In this document: one piece after another, positions 61,253-64,000 of the stretch | How positions within the stretch are numbered: the stretch's first letter is position 1 | Layout of the letters: every line of letters begins with the position of its first letter | From: an uncultured delta proteobacterium | GTDB taxonomy: Bacteria; Desulfobacterota; SM23-61 | Assembly (NCBI GenBank): GCA_963760605.1 | Contig: CAVXFA010000054.1 | Span: 23,380 to 87,379 of the forward strand | Direction: 5' to 3' | DNA: 64,000 nt | Position numbers and translations under genes: made by a program | The notes under the pieces: model-generated | What the model saw: only the letters and a program-made list of their open reading frames with translations | What the model was told of the DNA's origin: nothing | Database searches by the model: none

Positions 61253-61570
61253 CTACTTGTGGCAATTGGTGCATAACTTTTGGTCCCGATTACTGAAAGC
61301 TGTTTTACCATCATGGCAAGTGGTACACTGGAGCATTTTGGCTTCGCCCTTTTTCATCTTGAATATTTTGGGATGGCATTCGGCGCATTTGAGCTTATGC
61401 TGGTTGACGTGGGTCTCATGGCTAAAAGTTACCGCCCCCGGACTTCCTCTCGCTTCAAACCTGATGTCGCCCCCGCCTACTTTTTTCTGCTGAGCATAGC
61501 TCACCCCAAGGGGAACAAGGCCGAGGATACAGATGCTGATGATCGCAGCTTTGCAAAATCTCTTCCCCAA
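61253..61570 (-). CDS. Periplasmic c7-type trihaem cytochrome c
   Basis: Signal peptide, VTFSHETH, CAECH, CTTCH, CTNCH. Confidence 0.85.
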   Translation of the reverse strand: MGKRFCKAAIISICILGLVPLGVSYAQQKKVGGGDIRFEARGSPGAVTFSHETHVNQHKLKCAECHPKIFKMKKGEAKMLQCTTCHDGKTAFSNRDQKLCTNCHK

Positions 61571-61759
61571 GTTCTCACCTCCTTTCCCGTTGATGATCCT
61601 ACTTGATCGAGGCCGTCAAAAGTTCTCCAAAAATAAGTTTACCCGTCGCAGACGAAATTCGTCAAGGGAAAAAAGGGGTGAAATTAGCCATCTATCATGT
61701 CACCTCCGGCGGGAATGCGCGGAATAAGATACTCAGCGGCCAGAGGGAGAAGGCCCAAT

Positions 61760-61904
61760 GAGATATAGACATCCATGCTGCTTACAGGAGTCATGGATAT
61801 AGTCTGAAAGAGATTGCGGATTATTTGCCAATTCATTATACTACCGTCAGCAAGGGGATCGCGAAGACAGCGGTAAGCAAAAAGTGATATTTCAAGGCCT
61901 GACT
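61760..61904 (+). pseudogene. C-terminal HTH remnant of a REP-associated (Y1/RAYT-like) transposase
   Basis: Reads HAAYRSHGYSLKEIADYLPIHYTTVSKGI-stop, then TATTTCAAGGCCTGAC; no catalytic domain; family call from memory. Confidence 0.45.
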
Positions 61905-61944
61905 CTCGGCCCCTGAAGGGTATTTCTTCAAAGGAGGCTCTAAA

Positions 61945-63396
61945 TTGAAAAAAAGTGATAAAGGTCAAAAAACAGATAATATCTTTAAAAGACTCAATTT
62001 CGGCAGGAGAACATTCTTGAAGGGCCTCATTGCCTCAGGGGTGGGTGGATTAAGTGGTGCTCTATTTCGGACTGACCCTGGAATGGCCTTAGGGGGCACT
62101 ACCCTACAAAAGAATGGCGAGTTTGTTATAGAACAAGCCCGGAAAATTCCGATCATCAGGGACGTTGATATTCTCGTGGTAGGGGGAGGGATGGCAGGTG
62201 TAGGTGCGGCCGCCGCATCCGGAAGAATGGGCTTAAGAACACTTCTTGTGGAATACTTTGGATGTTTAGGCGGAAATGGAACATCGGGTATGGTGAATAA
62301 TTTCTGCGGCTATACGACAAGTGGACCAACTAGGGTACAAATCGTACAAGGAATTGGTGGGGAGATACACCGGATGTTGGTCGAACGAAAAGGGGTAAGT
62401 TCGAAAACGAGTTTTACATTCAATCCAGAAATTCTAAAGATGGTATTAGATGAACTAATGGCCGAAGCCAACGTCGAACTTTTATACTACACCCAAATGA
62501 TTGACCCAATTATAGAAAAAAATACGATAAAAGGAGTATTTGTTGCAAATAAGGGTGGACGTCAGGCCATCTTGGCCAAGAGGGTATTGGATTGTACGGG
62601 CGATGGTGACGTCTGTGCATCCGCCGATGTGCCCTTTGAACTGGGGGATGGAATGGGCGGATTTCTAGCCTGTGATATGGCTTTCCACATTGTAAATGTG
62701 GGAGAAAATTTCAAGAGTAGCACGGTCGATCCCGCAGCGGCGGAAGCGATAAAATCCGGGGAATATAAGATCACCAGACCCCAGGCGATTATCCAGAACA
62801 TCATGATACCTGGGGCCTATTGGGTCAATTGGGCTGGAATTCCCTGGGCAGTGAATGGCCTAGACCCATACCGTCTTACTCAAGCTGCCATGGATGGAAG
62901 AAAAGTTGTTCGTGATTTGCGGAGGTTTCTTAGAGATAAGATAGAAGGCATGGAGAATGCGGATGTCATTGATACTGCGGCGAAAGTGGGTTTAAGAGAG
63001 ACCCGAAGAGTGATGGGGGAGCATTTGTTGACCGGTGACGAAGTATTGCAAGGGACAAAGTTCCCCGATGGGATTGGAGCCTGTGCTTGGCCCATTGAGA
63101 TCGTAGACCCCGTAAAGGGAAGAAGGTATGTTAACCTGAAGGATGGAGATTTCTACACGATCCCTTATAGGTGTTTGGTTCCTCAGAAAGTGGAAAATTT
63201 GTTGATGGCCGGACGATTCATTAGTTGTACTCATGAGGCCCAAGCGTCCGCGCGGGTAATGGGGCCCGCAGTCGTCATGGGCCAGGCGATTGGCACCGCT
63301 GCAGCCCTTTCAATCAAAAGAGGAGTATCGCCAAGAGATTTGAATGTAGACCTTCTGCAACAAGAATTGGTAAAAGCTGGGGCCTTTTTGGGATGA
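61945..63396 (+). CDS. Tat-exported FAD-dependent oxidoreductase
   Basis: GRRTFLK twin-arginine motif, VVGGGMAG, DCTGDGD, RETRR, IPYRCLVP, AGRFIS. Confidence 0.85.
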   Translation: MKKSDKGQKTDNIFKRLNFGRRTFLKGLIASGVGGLSGALFRTDPGMALGGTTLQKNGEFVIEQARKIPIIRDVDILVVGGGMAGVGAAAASGRMGLRTLLVEYFGCLGGNGTSGMVNNFCGYTTSGPTRVQIVQGIGGEIHRMLVERKGVSSKTSFTFNPEILKMVLDELMAEANVELLYYTQMIDPIIEKNTIKGVFVANKGGRQAILAKRVLDCTGDGDVCASADVPFELGDGMGGFLACDMAFHIVNVGENFKSSTVDPAAAEAIKSGEYKITRPQAIIQNIMIPGAYWVNWAGIPWAVNGLDPYRLTQAAMDGRKVVRDLRRFLRDKIEGMENADVIDTAAKVGLRETRRVMGEHLLTGDEVLQGTKFPDGIGACAWPIEIVDPVKGRRYVNLKDGDFYTIPYRCLVPQKVENLLMAGRFISCTHEAQASARVMGPAVVMGQAIGTAAALSIKRGVSPRDLNVDLLQQELVKAGAFLG

Positions 63397-63480
63397 CAAA
63401 GTAGAGAGAACCGGGCAGACATTTGAAGCTAGGATAGGACTCAAGGGGAAGGGAGAGAGCTGAAATAAGACTGGATACCC

Positions 63481-64000
63481 ATGGGCCAAAACCCTTTTAA
63501 AGAGACCCTCTTGGAAAAGAAGGAGTTCATCTATACCCTCGAACTCGTACCGGGACGTGGAGCCCGGGGCAGGACCCAGGACCAGATTCTGGGCCTGGCC
63601 GAGAAGGCGGCCCAGGGAAAACTTGTTCACGCCCTCTCCATTACAGATAACCCGGGAGGCCACCCCACCCTCTCTCCGGATGTGATCGGCCTGGAGATTT
63701 GTCGTATGGGCTTGAACCCGATCATCCACTTCACCTGTAAAGATAAGAACCGGAACCAGATTGAATCAATCCTGTACGCCCTGGACCGCATGGGAATTCA
63801 CAACCTTCTCCTCATGACGGGGGACTTCCCTCTCTACGGGTTTGAGGGAAAGGCCAAGCCTGTGTATGACCTCGATTCGGTCCAACTGATTCATCTGATC
63901 AACCAGATGAATGAGGGGCGATGCATAGACGATAAGGCCCCGGGTGGCGGGATGCAATGTCCCCCCACGCACTTCTTCAAGGGGTGCGCTATATCCCCTT
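63481..64000 (+). CDS. metF: Methylenetetrahydrofolate reductase, 5' part (truncated by the window end)
   Basis: Translated by hand: TLELVPG..SITDNPGG..HFTCKDKNR..LLMTGD..DLDSVQL. Confidence 0.85.
   Translation, partial: MGQNPFKETLLEKKEFIYTLELVPGRGARGRTQDQILGLAEKAAQGKLVHALSITDNPGGHPTLSPDVIGLEICRMGLNPIIHFTCKDKNRNQIESILYALDRMGIHNLLLMTGDFPLYGFEGKAKPVYDLDSVQLIHLINQMNEGRCIDDKAPGGGMQCPPTHFFKGCAISP

Overview
Gene-dense chromosomal segment, probably from an anaerobic Desulfobacterota/deltaproteobacterium (inferred from gene content). The main block is a ~15 kb respiratory operon: alternative complex III (actB-C-D-F-A, actE) followed by a cbb3-type oxidase module (ccoN, di-haem ccoO, ccoS, ccoI). Quinone-tailoring genes lie divergently upstream. 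The rest is mostly housekeeping and accessory genes (hisF, mscL, nudC, fprA, Nramp, hslO, MoxR/VWA, czcCBA, ABC exporter, metF). Signals the ORF track misses: (1) short-unit repeat arrays at gene junctions form nested, long-range complementary pairs, several closed by G.U wobbles, that bracket gene groups; one 40-bp pair encloses a four-helix-bundle (23S-IVS/Avd-like) gene; (2) two probable selenoproteins (rhodanese CxU, DsbA/FrnE UxxC) with SECIS-like hairpins; (3) a 6S-like rod RNA behind a sigma28-like promoter; (4) several MITE/REP-type elements; (5) four genes broken by single +1 insertions, possibly assembly errors. No rRNA, tRNA or CRISPR array was found. All calls come from reading the sequence by eye; no searches were run.
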